Source of the DNA: Octopus sinensis
Lineage: Eukaryota
Length of the DNA stretch: 64,000 nucleotides
Reading direction: 5' to 3'
Assembly (NCBI RefSeq): GCF_006345805.1
Contig: NC_042997.1
Span: forward strand, 200,136,001 to 200,200,000
Below the pieces are notes generated by a model, which was not told where the DNA came from, ran no database searches, and saw only the letters and a list, made by a program, of their open reading frames with translations. Each line of letters begins with the position of its first letter. Position 1 is the first letter of the stretch. The translations under genes were made by a program, and so were the position numbers. Positions 51,366 to 63,222 of the stretch are shown here, piece after piece.

Positions 51366-52096
51366 CGTGAAAAGCTAAATATGTTTTTGTGAGTATTCTC
51401 TTCAAATGTTGTTTAGAAGAAAAGAAAACCATATTTAATATTCATCTTCTTGTATTGTAGTACATGTCAGACGTAGCAATTAATAAAATTCTTCTTACTA
51501 ATGCGAACTGTACTAGCATATTTTTTTCTTGGTAATTTTCTCCAGTAATTTACAATCAATAACTGTTATATTTCAGTTACTAAAGTTCAGATGTATAAAG
51601 TTTAATAGTTGAATTATTGTTTTGATTATCTTACGGAATATAATGTTAATCACTAGCATCATTCAAATTACAATTATTATCATCACTACTAGCCTCCAGT
51701 TAAACAACAAAACCACTCTCTTTTCCCCTTTCCTCACTCTTGCATGAAGAACAAGGGCCAAAATGTTTAGATTCTTCATCCTTCACCTCAAATGAATCTA
51801 TCAATTTCTTCTATCAAACTCTCCAATTAAACTATAGACAGGCACTAGCACCGAAAAATTGGTCCAATATTTCATCATCATCATCATCATCATCAGCCAA
51901 ATGACTGAAACAAATAAAAGAATAAAAGAATATGTGCAGTCCAAATTAAAACCTAAGTCGAAAGATTAGAGATAATTTTAAATAATTTGCTACTATTTCT
52001 AAGACCACTGGTGAAAGAAAACGAGACGAGTTTAGTGGGTTGTTATACAGATTTCTAGTTTATCACTGCATATTGGTGAGCTAGTAGTGTAGTATA

Positions 52097-52775
52097 TACT
52101 TTTCTACTCTAGGCACAAAGACCGAAATTTTTGGGGAGGAGGGCCAGTCGATTAGATCAATCCCGGTATGCAACTGGTACTTAATTTATTGGCTCTGAAA
52201 GGATGAAAGGCAAAGTCGACCTCAGTGGAATTTGAACTCAGAACATAAAGACAGAGGAAATACCTATTTCTTTACTACCCACAAGGGGCTAAACACAGAA
52301 GGGACAAACAAGGACAGACAAACGGATTAAGTCGATTATATCGATCCCAGTGTGTAACTGGTACTTATTTAATCGACCCCGAAAGGATGTAAGGCAAAGT
52401 CGATCTCGGCAGAATTTGAACTCAGAATGTAAAGACAGATGAAATACCACTTAGCATTTTGCTCAGCGTGTTAACATTTCTGCCAGCTCACTGCCTTACA
52501 ACCTTAATATTTTTTTGCTTTCTTTTACTTGTTTCAGTCATTTGACTATGGCCATGCTGGAGCACAGGGGGCTAAACATGGAGGGGACAAACAAGGACAG
52601 ACAAAGGGATTAAGTCGACTACATTAATCCCAGTGCATAACTGGTACTTTATTTATCGACCCCGAAAGAATGAAAGGCAAAGTCGACCTCAGTGGAATTT
52701 GAACTCGGACTGTAAAGACAGACGAAATACTGCATTTTGCCTGGTGTGCTAATGTTTCTGCCAGCTCACTGCCTT
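52097..52775 (-). mobile_element. Cluster of three family B SINE units
   Basis: A dimer at 52097-52497 and a further copy at 52567-52775, separated by a family A tail fragment. Confidence 0.8.
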
Positions 52776-53277
52776 AAGAATTTAAATAATTAAAAACAGA
52801 CAAGAACATCCACATGATGATTAAATTATGATGAAAAGTTTATATCATTTGTTGCCTGTGTTTCACTCTTGTGGATAAATGCATTCTTTTGTAGAGGATG
52901 GTTCAAATGCAATTGGATGCTGAATTACACCTGTTAATCAAGGAAACAATGCAAAAAAGTGTTCTATGTTTCTGCCGGTTTGCTGCCTTCGTAGTGTAAT
53001 ATATTGGAACATGAAGGTAGAACTGGATTTTAATTTATGGTTCAAGACATTGAGTGTGTATCAACTGCTGTGTTTCAGATATGTGAGGAACCTCCATTCT
53101 ACAAAGAACTTTTCTCACATTCTTTATAATCCTTTCTCGACAGGTAATTTTGCTGTAGTCAGGCTCTGTTTGAAACTTTAGGGGCCAGTGCCCCCATCCA
53201 GAGACAGCATAGACTGAGTAAGAATTTTGAAGATATAAAAAAAAATCTTTTTGTGTAGAAGATATATATATATATAT

Positions 53278-53441
53278 AGGCACAGGAGTGGCTGTGTGGT
53301 AAGTAGCTTGCTTACCAAACACATGGTTCCGGGTTCAGTCCCACTGCGTGGCACATTGGGCAAGTGTCTTCTACTGTAGCCTCGGGCCGACCAAAGCCTT
53401 GTGAATGGATTTGGTAGACAGAAACTGAAAGAAGCCTGTCG

Positions 53442-53494
<53 letters not shown>

Positions 53495-53710
53495 ATTTGT
53501 TTGTGTGTCTGTGTTTATCCCCCCATCATCGCTTGACAACCAATACTGGTGTGTTTATGTCCCCGTTGCTTAGCGGTTCAGCAAGAGAAACCGATAGAAT
53601 AAGTACTAGGCTTACAAAGAATAAGTCCTAGGGTCGATTAGTTCGACTAAAGGTAGTGCTCCAGTATAGCCACAGTCAAATGACTGAAACAAATAAAAGA
53701 ATAAAAGAAT
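53278..53710 (+). mobile_element. Family A SINE, full length
   Basis: AGGCACAGGAGTGGCTGTGTGG head, B-box, CORE-like block, internal (AT)(GT)n and (AATAAAAG)n tail. Confidence 0.9.
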
Positions 53711-54104
53711 ATATTAGAAAGTACACACTTCCTTAATACAACGACACACAAGTGAAAAGAACTTTTCAGTTGATGAGGCAGAGTTTAGTGAGGTTATGGT
53801 AAATACAGGATGAGAAAAACCTGATTCCAGATACAATCTAAATGGTCCAAGTAATACAAAATAGGGATGCTATAATGAAGATTTGATGATCTCATCATCA
53901 TCATCATCATTTAATGTCTGTTTTCCACGCTGGCATGGATTGAACAGTTTTGACAGGAGCTGACCAGGCTAGGATCAGCACTAGGTTCTATAGTCTGTTT
54001 GGGCAGAGTTTCTTCAGTTTGATGCCTTCCCTAATGCCAACCACTTTACAGAGCCCACTGGGTGTTTTTTTAAGTGGCACAATCATTAATGATTTCCTAT
54101 ATTA

Positions 54105-54333
54105 AGGTGGTGAGCTGGCAGAAACGTTAGCATGCTGGGCGAAATGCTTAGCGGTATTTCATCTGCTGTTACGTTCTGAGTTCAAATTCCGCTGAGGTCG
54201 ACTTTGCCTTTCATCCTTTCGGGGTCGATAAAAGTACCGGTTATGCACTGGGGGTGATGTAATTGACTTAATCCGTTTGTCTGTCCTTGTTTGTCCCCTC
54301 TGTGTTTAGCCCCTTGTGGGTAGTAAAGAAATA
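54105..54333 (+). mobile_element. Family B SINE, full length
   Basis: Head GGTGGTGAGCTGGCAG, GAGTTCAAATTCC B-box, Deu-like core and GTAGTAAAGAAATA tail. Confidence 0.9.
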
Positions 54334-54464
54334 ACAATCATTAGTGTTTTGCTAGTTGAAAAGCTGTCTCCAGAAAAATGGAAAATCCATAAATAAGGGC
54401 CAGTTCCAGTTCCAAACTTGCCAGATATTTGCTCCAGCTTTGTATTTATCTTTCAGCTTGTATC

Positions 54465-54709
54465 CTTTGCTTGTTTCAATCATTAGACTGTGGCCATGCT
54501 GGGGCTGCAGTCTAATGACTGAAACAATGTCTAATGAAGAATTTATAGTTGAATGAATCAACCCCATTAATTATTTTTGTTTTAAATCTCGCACTTATTC
54601 TGTTGGTCTCTTTTGCTGAACCACTAGGTCATGGGGAATGCAACAAACACACCAGCATTGGTTGTAAAGCAGTGGAGTAGAGACAAACACGAACAAACAC
54701 ACTAACTCA

Positions 54710-54751
<42 letters not shown>

Positions 54752-54928
54752 CATACAAATATATATATGATTGGCTTCTTTCAGTTCCCCAATCTGCCAA
54801 ATCTACTCAGAAGGCTTTGGTTGGCCCAAAGCTATAGTAGAAGACATTTGCTGAAGGTGCCATGCAGTGAGACTGAACCCAGAATCATGTGATGGCAAAG
54901 AAAACCTTTTACCACACAGCCACACCTG
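54465..54928 (-). mobile_element. Family A SINE, diverged
   Basis: Colinear homology. Confidence 0.75.
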
Positions 54929-55291
54929 TAAATATGTTCTTGAGATGTAAGAGTATGATAAGGCTGGTCGTGTTTTGAAATGTTATTCTTTGATATTTCG
55001 GAATGTTCCCAGATTGGTGGATTCTCATTGGTGGAAACACCATTAAATTAAAGAACTTCACTTAAATTGTGCTTGGAAAAATGTTTCTTACAAATGGAAT
55101 GTATTTATTGGTCTATAAGAATGAGCATGAAAATGCGGCTTGATAAAATTGCTATCACATGTTTGTCATTCTGGATTAGTCTTGATATATTTTACCTAAA
55201 GGTAAAGAAATAACTGTAAGAACCGTTGCTATAGTAACTAACAGAACACTATTGAAAAGAAATGAAGCATTAAGTAGATTGAATGAAGGAG

Positions 55292-55327
55292 GCGAAGAAG
55301 AAGAAGAAGAAGGAGAAGAAGAAGAAG

Positions 55328-55423
<96 letters not shown>
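55292..55423. repeat. (GAA)n(GTA)n compound microsatellite
   Basis: Directly visible. Confidence 0.95.
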
Positions 55424-55425
<2 letters not shown>

Positions 55426-56249
55426 AGGAAAGCAAAGAATTCTTAGGATTTGCAAGATTTAATGAGATTTGTCACTGAGGTACTTTTCTTTTTTTATTCT
55501 TCGCTCACGAAGAATAAAAATTTGAGTGGGTATAACATTCTTTCTCTAATATAGGAAACTGCAAGCCCCTTATTGAAACTGAACTTTGACAAAATAAACT
55601 TGTATGTTCGTTTTCAAATAAATTTTAACAAAGGTGAATGCAGCTAAAGCTGAAATAAGCTATTGTGTGCATGTCACTAAACTAAAACATTTTCCTTGAA
55701 TTATGCCCCAAGAAAAAAATGTTACATCAAAATGGAATATATCTGAGTGTGTACATATAACAGACAATGGAGCATGATGAAATTTGTTAACGTATGTTAA
55801 TTATTGTGAATTAGTAATGGTATATTTTACCTAAAGGTGTCTTTTTGTCTTTTTCATGATGTATAAAATTCATTGTTGATGGATGTCAACCTTAGTTTAC
55901 ACAGAGTAACTTCAAAAAAATATAAATTGCTGCGATATTCAGATGTAAATCAAACGCAGAATGAATGATATACTAAAGCAAAAAAATTTCAATAAAAAAT
56001 TCCAATTTTATTGATTTTATTGGAAATAAGCAAATAAAATTAAAACGAGTTAGCTGGAAAAAAAAGAAAAGAAAAAAGAAAAAAGAATGTAAATCAAAAC
56101 ACTTAAAAGATGAGGAAGAAAAGAGGGAGGAAAGAGGAAGTTAACAGTCAAAATGAATAACTGAAATTTGTTGCTCTCGGAAAATAAAAGTTTATAGATA
56201 CGTAATGGCTATCAGCGTGTAAGAGAGTTTATGGATTTTAGTACACATG

Positions 56250-56286
<37 letters not shown>

Positions 56287-56312
56287 TTATATGTTTTATA
56301 TATATATTATAT

Positions 56313-56350
<38 letters not shown>

Positions 56351-56381
56351 CTTTAGTATATATGTTTTATAAGCATATATA

Positions 56382-56595
56382 TACTCTTTTACTCTTTTAC
56401 TTGTTTCAGTCATTTGACTGCGGCCATGCTGGAGCACCGCCTTTAGTCGAGCAAATCGACCCCGGGACTTATTCTTTGTAAGCCCAGTACTTATTCTATC
56501 GGTCTCTTTTGCCGAACCGCTAAGTGACGGGGGACGTAAACACACACCAGCATCGGTTGTCAAGTAATGCTAGGGGGACAAACACAGACACACAA

Positions 56596-56630
<35 letters not shown>

Positions 56631-56778
56631 CGACAGGCTTCTTTCAGTTTCCGTCTACCAAATCCACTCACAAGTCATTGGTCAGCCTGGGGCTATAGCA
56701 GAAGACACTTGCCCAAGATGCCACGCAGTGGGATTGAACCCAGAACCATGTGGTTGGTTAGCAAGCTACTTACCACAC
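56382..56778 (-). mobile_element. Family A SINE, young
   Basis: Near-consensus copy retaining many CpGs. Confidence 0.9.
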
Positions 56779-56892
56779 ATATATATATATTAGTACATAT
56801 GTTTCACAAGCATAATGCGTGACAAAGAATATATGTTTTATATATATATGTATATATATGTTTTATTTTATATATATATATATATATATATA

Positions 56893-56937
<45 letters not shown>

Positions 56938-57214
56938 TATTGGTAAAAACGGTGGTAAGATAACAAAAGAAAGAAAGAGACCTCAATATTATGTAAATAG
57001 AGGAAATTTATCTGTAAACATATATATATTTTAGTATATATGTTTTATAAGCATAATGCGTGACAAGGAAATTTCTAAATTATATTGTTGTGAATTAATT
57101 CTAGTTTTTAATTCTACACAAATCTTTAATATTTTAAGCTGTTGATGGGCTTCATATGAGGTTGGAATGAAGTTGAGTGGTTTTTATGATCTTTTGACTT
57201 TTATATCTTATCTT

Positions 57215-57668
57215 CTCTTTCACTTGTTTCAGTCATTGGACTGTGATCATGCTGGAGCATTGCCTTAAAGAATTCTTAGTTGAATCAGTTCACCCCTCCC
57301 CCAGGACTTATTTGTTTTTAAAGCCTGGAACTTATTATATTGGCGTCTTTTGATGAACTGTGTGTGTAAGAATGTAAACAAACCAACACCATTTGTCAAG
57401 TGGTGGTGGGGGACAAACTTGGACACAAACACACAATACACACACACACACACACAATACACACATACACACACACACACACACACGCACACACACACAC
57501 ACATACAACAGGCCTTTTTCAGTTTCCATTTACCAAATCCACTCATAAGGCTTTGGTTGGCCCAAAGCTATCATAGAAAACTCTTATCCAAAGTGCCACA
57601 CAGTGGAATAGAACCTGGGAGCATGTGGTTGGGAAGAAAGCTTCTTACCACACAACCATGCTTACACC
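57215..57668 (-). mobile_element. Family A SINE, diverged
   Basis: Colinear homology. Confidence 0.75.
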
Positions 57669-58409
57669 TATTACATAAGTGAAATATAATGAAATACAGC
57701 ATCACCCCATGGATAAGAAATCCAGTTGACAGCCACAACATATTTCTGGATTCAATTATAAAACATGGGTTTTGTAGGCAGGCAAGTATTTTCCACTGAA
57801 GTTTTGGGTTGCCCTATGTGCTGTCAGTGGAATCAGAAAATGTGAGGAAACCTGTCCTACATCATCATTACGAAGTTCCTGAAGTAAATCTATGGATAAC
57901 AACAGGTAATTGAAACTGTGCCGGTGCTTTACTCATCATCCATTTATACATTTTGTACAATTTCTCCATTATATATATATTTGTATATATATATATATAT
58001 ATTCTCTCTCTCCCTTTCACCATTCTTCATGGTCTCCTCGCACCATTCCCCTTCTTCTCTCTCTTCCTCTTGCTCCTCCTCCCCCATTCCCGTCGTCCAT
58101 CTGCGACGATACTTCCGTCGTAACTGCTATCCTGTCTTTTCTCGCCCGCCTTGTAAGGCTACTGGTCGACACATTTTCTCTCTCTCGTCGTCCACGATAA
58201 TCCAGCGTTTGCAATACTTTTTTCGTCTGGCGTTAACAGCCCTTCTTATCTTGTTCTCCTTGTCCTGTCTCTCACTGTTATATATTTATTTTTCCACTGT
58301 TATATATATATTTTTTACTGTTTATATGTTTGTACTGTCGTTACCGTCTTGCTTTTTTTTTACCCCTCTGCGAAAAGATCTCAGAATTTTAATTGATTTG
58401 CTTTTCGCG

Positions 58410-58495
58410 GAAGGAAGTTTTCTTCGAAGTATACGTCTCGCTTTTATCCTTCGAAACGTTTAGTAGATGAAACCTTAGCGACTGAAGAAGGGGAT
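58410..58495 (+). ncRNA. Rearranged hammerhead-like RNA, copy 3, in a CpG-rich, pyrimidine-rich repeat (about 58000-58620)
   Basis: ACGT-C-TCGCT...TCCTTC-GAAACGT...AGCGA-CTGAAGA, with extra helices GAAGGA/TCCTTC and AGTTTTCTTC/GATGAAACCT. Confidence 0.65.
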
Positions 58496-59184
58496 TTTTC
58501 GTTGTGCTTATTGTCCTGTATCTCTCCTTTTTTTTTTTGCTTGTCTTGTTCCTTGGTTTGTGTCTATGTGTTTCGTCTCTCTATGTGTTCGACGTCTTTT
58601 TGGTGTCCTGTACACATATATGCATGTATATGTACATGTAGAGGTAGGTACGTACATATATGTTTATATATATGCATATGTTCTATTTTATTAACATATA
58701 TATATATATATATATTATATATAACACACACATATATATATATGCATATATATTTGTTTGTATATATATATATATGGTGTGTGTGTGTGTGTGTGTGTAT
58801 GTGTGTGAGTGTGTGTGTGTGTGTGTGTATGCTAAGACTCCCTTCAGTCATGACTGACTATGGGATTGCACCTAGAAAGTTACCTTCCCAGGCACAAGTC
58901 TGAACAAGGTTGTTTATGGAAGACCAGCAGTCGCCCATGCATACTGGCCTCCCCTCACCACGCCACCAGTGTTATCCAAGGAAAAGGCAAAGGCCGATAC
59001 AGCTTGGCACCTGTACCATGCGCCTTCACATAATATGTATACATATATATATATATATGTATATATATATGCATATATATTTATGTATATGTGTATGTGA
59101 ATATATATATAGATATATATATATATTTATATATATATATTCCATTATTATTAAAGCTGAAAAAAAACATCATGAAAATATCAC

Positions 59185-59362
59185 AAAAGACTGCTACTCA
59201 GAGTTTCATGTTCCCATTCGTTAGACATATTAGATTGAGAATCAACTGATTACCTAAATATCCCTATAAATGGTGGTCTTCATCACCAAATAATGAAACC
59301 TCTGAGTCTGACATACTTCTCAATCTAAACAGTCTAACGAATGGAAAGGTGAAACTCACAAC
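59185..59362. mobile_element. Inverted pair of Penelope-like pLTR fragments with degenerate hammerheads
   Basis: 59200-59245 is inverted at 59315-59358. The minus arm reads TGT-CTAACGA-ATG(GGAA)CAT-GAAACTC-T-GAGTA-GCA. Confidence 0.5.
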
Positions 59363-59680
59363 TTTAGTAGAAGAAAGCTGAAGAGAAACTGGCACCTATC
59401 TGGTACTAATTTTGAAACCGATACCAAGTTGACCAGTACTGCTTCTGCTGACCTAGCAGAGGTAAGACGTTTTTAATGTTCACAAGAACTTTTCCTACCA
59501 TGCTTGTAGTAGATTTGTACCTATTCCATGGTGCAGAATTATTTTTGACTTCATTTTTTAGTCATGTAGGTGCTCCTCATGTAATGCCTTCATGTGTGTG
59601 TGTCTGTCTGGCCTTTGACATGATAGATTACTAGCCACTAAACCTTTTTCTATTTTCTCTCCCTGTTTATTTCTGTGTTT

Positions 59681-59716
59681 CTTTCTGTCAAAGAGCATAG
59701 GCTCAAAATGTAAAAG
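59681..59716 (+). ncRNA. Decayed Penelope-type minimal hammerhead
   Basis: CTTT-CTGTCAA-A-GAGC(ATAG)GCTC-AAAA-TG-TA-AAAG. Most deviations from the core fit CpG decay. Confidence 0.45.
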
Positions 59717-60019
59717 ACTTTCTCACTTCTTGAGCGTTAAACTAATACATCTGTTTGTTATTTACACACCCATCTTCGTCTTCTGTTTTTTGTAAATTGT
59801 CTCTCTCTTTCTCTTTCTCTCTCTCTCTCTCTATATATATATATTTTATATATATATAAGATATATACACATCATATTTTGCATGTATATATTCTATTAA
59901 TTTGCCTGTATGGATTATAACTCATTTCCGCACGCAATGGTATTTTAATAATACCATCCCTTCTGATATATATACATATATATATATATATACACATATC
60001 TATATGCACATGTATATAT

Positions 60020-60050
<31 letters not shown>

Positions 60051-60094
60051 CACATATATATATATACATATATATATATACATATATATATATG

Positions 60095-60404
60095 TTACCG
60101 GTGGCACGTAAAAGCACCATCCGTTCGTGTCCGTTGCTAGCCTCGCCTGGCCCCCGTGCCGGTGGCACGTAAAAGCACCATCCGTTCGTGGCTGTTTGCC
60201 AGCTCCGTCTGGCACCTGTGTGGGTGGCACGTAAAAAGCACCCACTACACTCACGGAGTGGTTGGCGTTAGGAAGGGCATCCAGCCGTAGAAACACTGCC
60301 AGATCAGACTGGAGCCTGGTGCAGCCTCCTGGCTCCCCAGACCTCAGTCGAACCATCCAACCCATGCTAGCATGGAAAACGGACGCTAAATGATGATGAT
60401 GATG
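60095..60404 (+). mobile_element. Family C RTE 3' UTR
   Basis: Three internal units and a (GAT)n tail, flanked by long duplicated low-complexity sequence. Confidence 0.8.
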
Positions 60405-61223
60405 ATATATATATATATACACACATATCTATATGCACATGTATATATACACACACACACATATATATATATATATACACATATATATATACATACATAT
60501 ATATATATATATGTTTGTGTGTGTGTGTATGTATGATTAGATCAGTGGATACTTTTTTGTATATGTATATATATCAATACTACTACTCTTAATAGTCTGG
60601 TTGAAATTTGTGCTTTTTACAGAAATTGAGCAATGCATAGATATTTATTACTGAACATTGATAAATTTTATTTTTCAGATGTGAAAGACAAGAAAGAAAG
60701 AGAATATGGATTTGCAAATGTTACTAGAAACCAGTTTTGAAATTGTAGAGCTTCATATAATTCCTGATAGTTGCATTAATACTCTGGCTCTGAAGAATTA
60801 AATAAAATGTGAATGAAACCTATTATACTGACTAGAGCTTCCTTTACACACAAGTGTTGTTTGTTAGAGTGAATGTATTAAAGGAAATATTATGGAGATT
60901 AGCTTCTGGGTTTTCAATGATTTAATTGTCTGTTAAAGAATAAGCATTGTAAATTGGTAAAGGTTTAGGTGCAGGTATCACTGTGTGATACTGCGATTCA
61001 AATTCCCAATTACATTAGTTTTGGGTTCAGTTGCACTGCATGGAACCTCGGGCAAGAGTCTTCTGCTATGGCTCTGGGCCAACCAAAGCCTCGTTAGTGG
61101 ATTTGGTAGAGGGAAACCTGCAAGAAGCCCATATATATATTTGTCTAGTAAATAGATTTGGGCATTTTTAACCAGGAAGAAATCTGTTGTATGGCCAGGT
61201 TTACTAATACATAAGGATGTGTG

Positions 61224-61599
61224 TTATTACCTCCACTTTAGCGAAGGCGGGAGTATTGTTTTCAGTTGTGTTCGTTTGTTTGTTTGTCCATGGACAAGAT
61301 ATCACAAGAACTGCTGGATGGATTTGATCGAAACTTTCGGGGATGTTTGGCTTCGTGACTGACACAAACTGATTAGATTTTGGGATTGATCTGGTATTGG
61401 ACAAGGATTCTGGATTATTTATCCTGTTTTTTTTTTACTTAATTTTTGAGAGTGGTTGGGTTCATTTTTAGTATTCTCATTTGTGAGAGCAGTTGAGTTT
61501 ATTTTAGATATTCTCATTTTAAAAATCATCTCTGGCTAATCGTTGAGAGGACGTTGGTGTTGCCTTGGCGGAGGTTTGTGCTCTCTGAGTCCTCTTGTT
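61224..61599 (+). mobile_element. Helentron-associated (HINE/DINE-like) element
   Basis: 5' TTATTACCTCC..GAAGGCGGGAG, a (GTTT)n tract, 3' sub-TIR CCTTGGCGGAGGT, and a terminal CTC-TCT-GAG hairpin ending at TT. Confidence 0.65.
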
Positions 61600-61900
61600 A
61601 ACTAAGGATTCTTTGATGCATAAGATTTCCTTAAATTCGAAATTTAAAATTTTATTGCAGTAGGATTTTGGTACCAATATGATGTATCATTGAGGGTAGA
61701 AAACAAAAGGGGCCATCGACAAAGATGCTATGAAAATGACCATTAAACAAAGGGAAATGATTGTGTGATTGACCATTATTAAGACAAAAGATCTATTAGG
61801 AATGACTGCTAAGTAAGGGGAGGGAGTAAAAGTACGGGAGTAAAAATTCATGGCAATCGTGTAAGTGCGCATGTCCATACGTACATTTTTTCAATGGCCC

Positions 61901-61960
61901 GATAACTGAAGAGATGCCGGCGTGGGTTTCCGCCCCAAAATCCGAAACTCGGAGTTTATC
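61901..61960 (+). ncRNA. Hammerhead-like motif in a pLTR-like repeat (tail homologous to 56930-57020 minus)
   Basis: GATAA-CTGAAGA-GAT..GGCG/CGCC..ATC-C-GAAACTC-G-GAGT-TTATC. The cleavage-site nucleotide appears to be missing. Confidence 0.5.
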
Positions 61961-62105
61961 ATGTCTACCGAATAATTGTCACGTATTATATTTACAGATA
62001 AATTCCTCTATTTACATAATATCAAGGTCTGTTTCATTCTTTTGTTATCTTACCATTTCTATCAATATATCAATATATATATGTATATATATATATATAC
62101 TTATA

Positions 62106-62260
62106 TAGGTGCAGGAGTGGCTGTGTAGTAAGTAGCTTGCTTACCAACCACATGGTCCTGGGTTCAGTCCCACTTGCGTAGCACCTTGGGCAAGTGTCTT
62201 CTATTATAGCCTTGTGAGTGGATTTGGTAGAAAGAAACTGGAAGAAGCCCGTCATATATG

Positions 62261-62303
<43 letters not shown>

Positions 62304-62517
62304 TTGTGTGTCTGTGTTTCTTCCCCCCCAACATCGCTTGACAACCAATGCTCGTGTGCTTACATCCCCCGTAACTTAGCGGTTTGGCAAAAGAGACCCA
62401 TAGAATAAGTACTAGGCTTACAAGGAATAAGCTCTGGGGTCAATTTGCTCGACTAAAGGTGGTGCTCCAGCATGGCCACAGCCAAATGACTGAAACAAGT
62501 AAAAGAGTAAAAGAGTA
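62106..62517 (+). mobile_element. Family A SINE
   Basis: Full-length copy with an (AGTAAAAG)n tail. Confidence 0.9.
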
Positions 62518-62918
62518 TATGTTTGTATATATGTGATTATGTGTGTGTGGATCAGTGCATGTTTGGGTCAATGAATGTGTGTATATGAAAATGTGCAGTT
62601 TATGTGACATTTCTCAAGCCTCTTTACATTTAAATGCCATATTTCACCTGTAGCAATGTGACTGCTCTTTCTTTTTCCTTTATATTATATTAAGTAGCAA
62701 TAGAAGCTTACTCTTGCTGCTCTCTCTACAGGCAAGCATTTGCTTTTAGACCTTCACTTGAAATGTAAGTGAACTGCTGGATGTTGTTCAGGAGGCTGAT
62801 ATTGAGAAATAACTTTTGTTTGTTTGCAACAAGTAAATAATTGAAATTTGATGTCGTATAAATATTGACATCATAAAATTTATACACACACACATATATA
62901 GACGCACACATATGTATG

Positions 62919-62950
<32 letters not shown>

Positions 62951-63083
62951 AGTATATATGTGTGTGTCTGTGTGTATACACATATATATATTTATATACA
63001 TATATATACATACATACACATATATATGTATTCATATGTATGTGTCTGTGTGTATATATTCACACATTCATTCACATATCATA

Positions 63084-63119
<36 letters not shown>

Positions 63120-63222
63120 TATATATATATACACATATATACATATATATATACATACAAACATATATATATACACACACATTTATACACATATATATAT
63201 TATATGTATGTGTATGTATATA

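Noticed and set aside
60662-60740. Acceptor TTTTATTTTTCAG followed by VKDKKEREYGFANVTRNQF*; also an acceptor at 18967 and donors at 30821 and 59462
   Set aside because: Isolated splice-like signals are expected by chance in AT-rich DNA. There is no homology or consistent gene model without RNA data.
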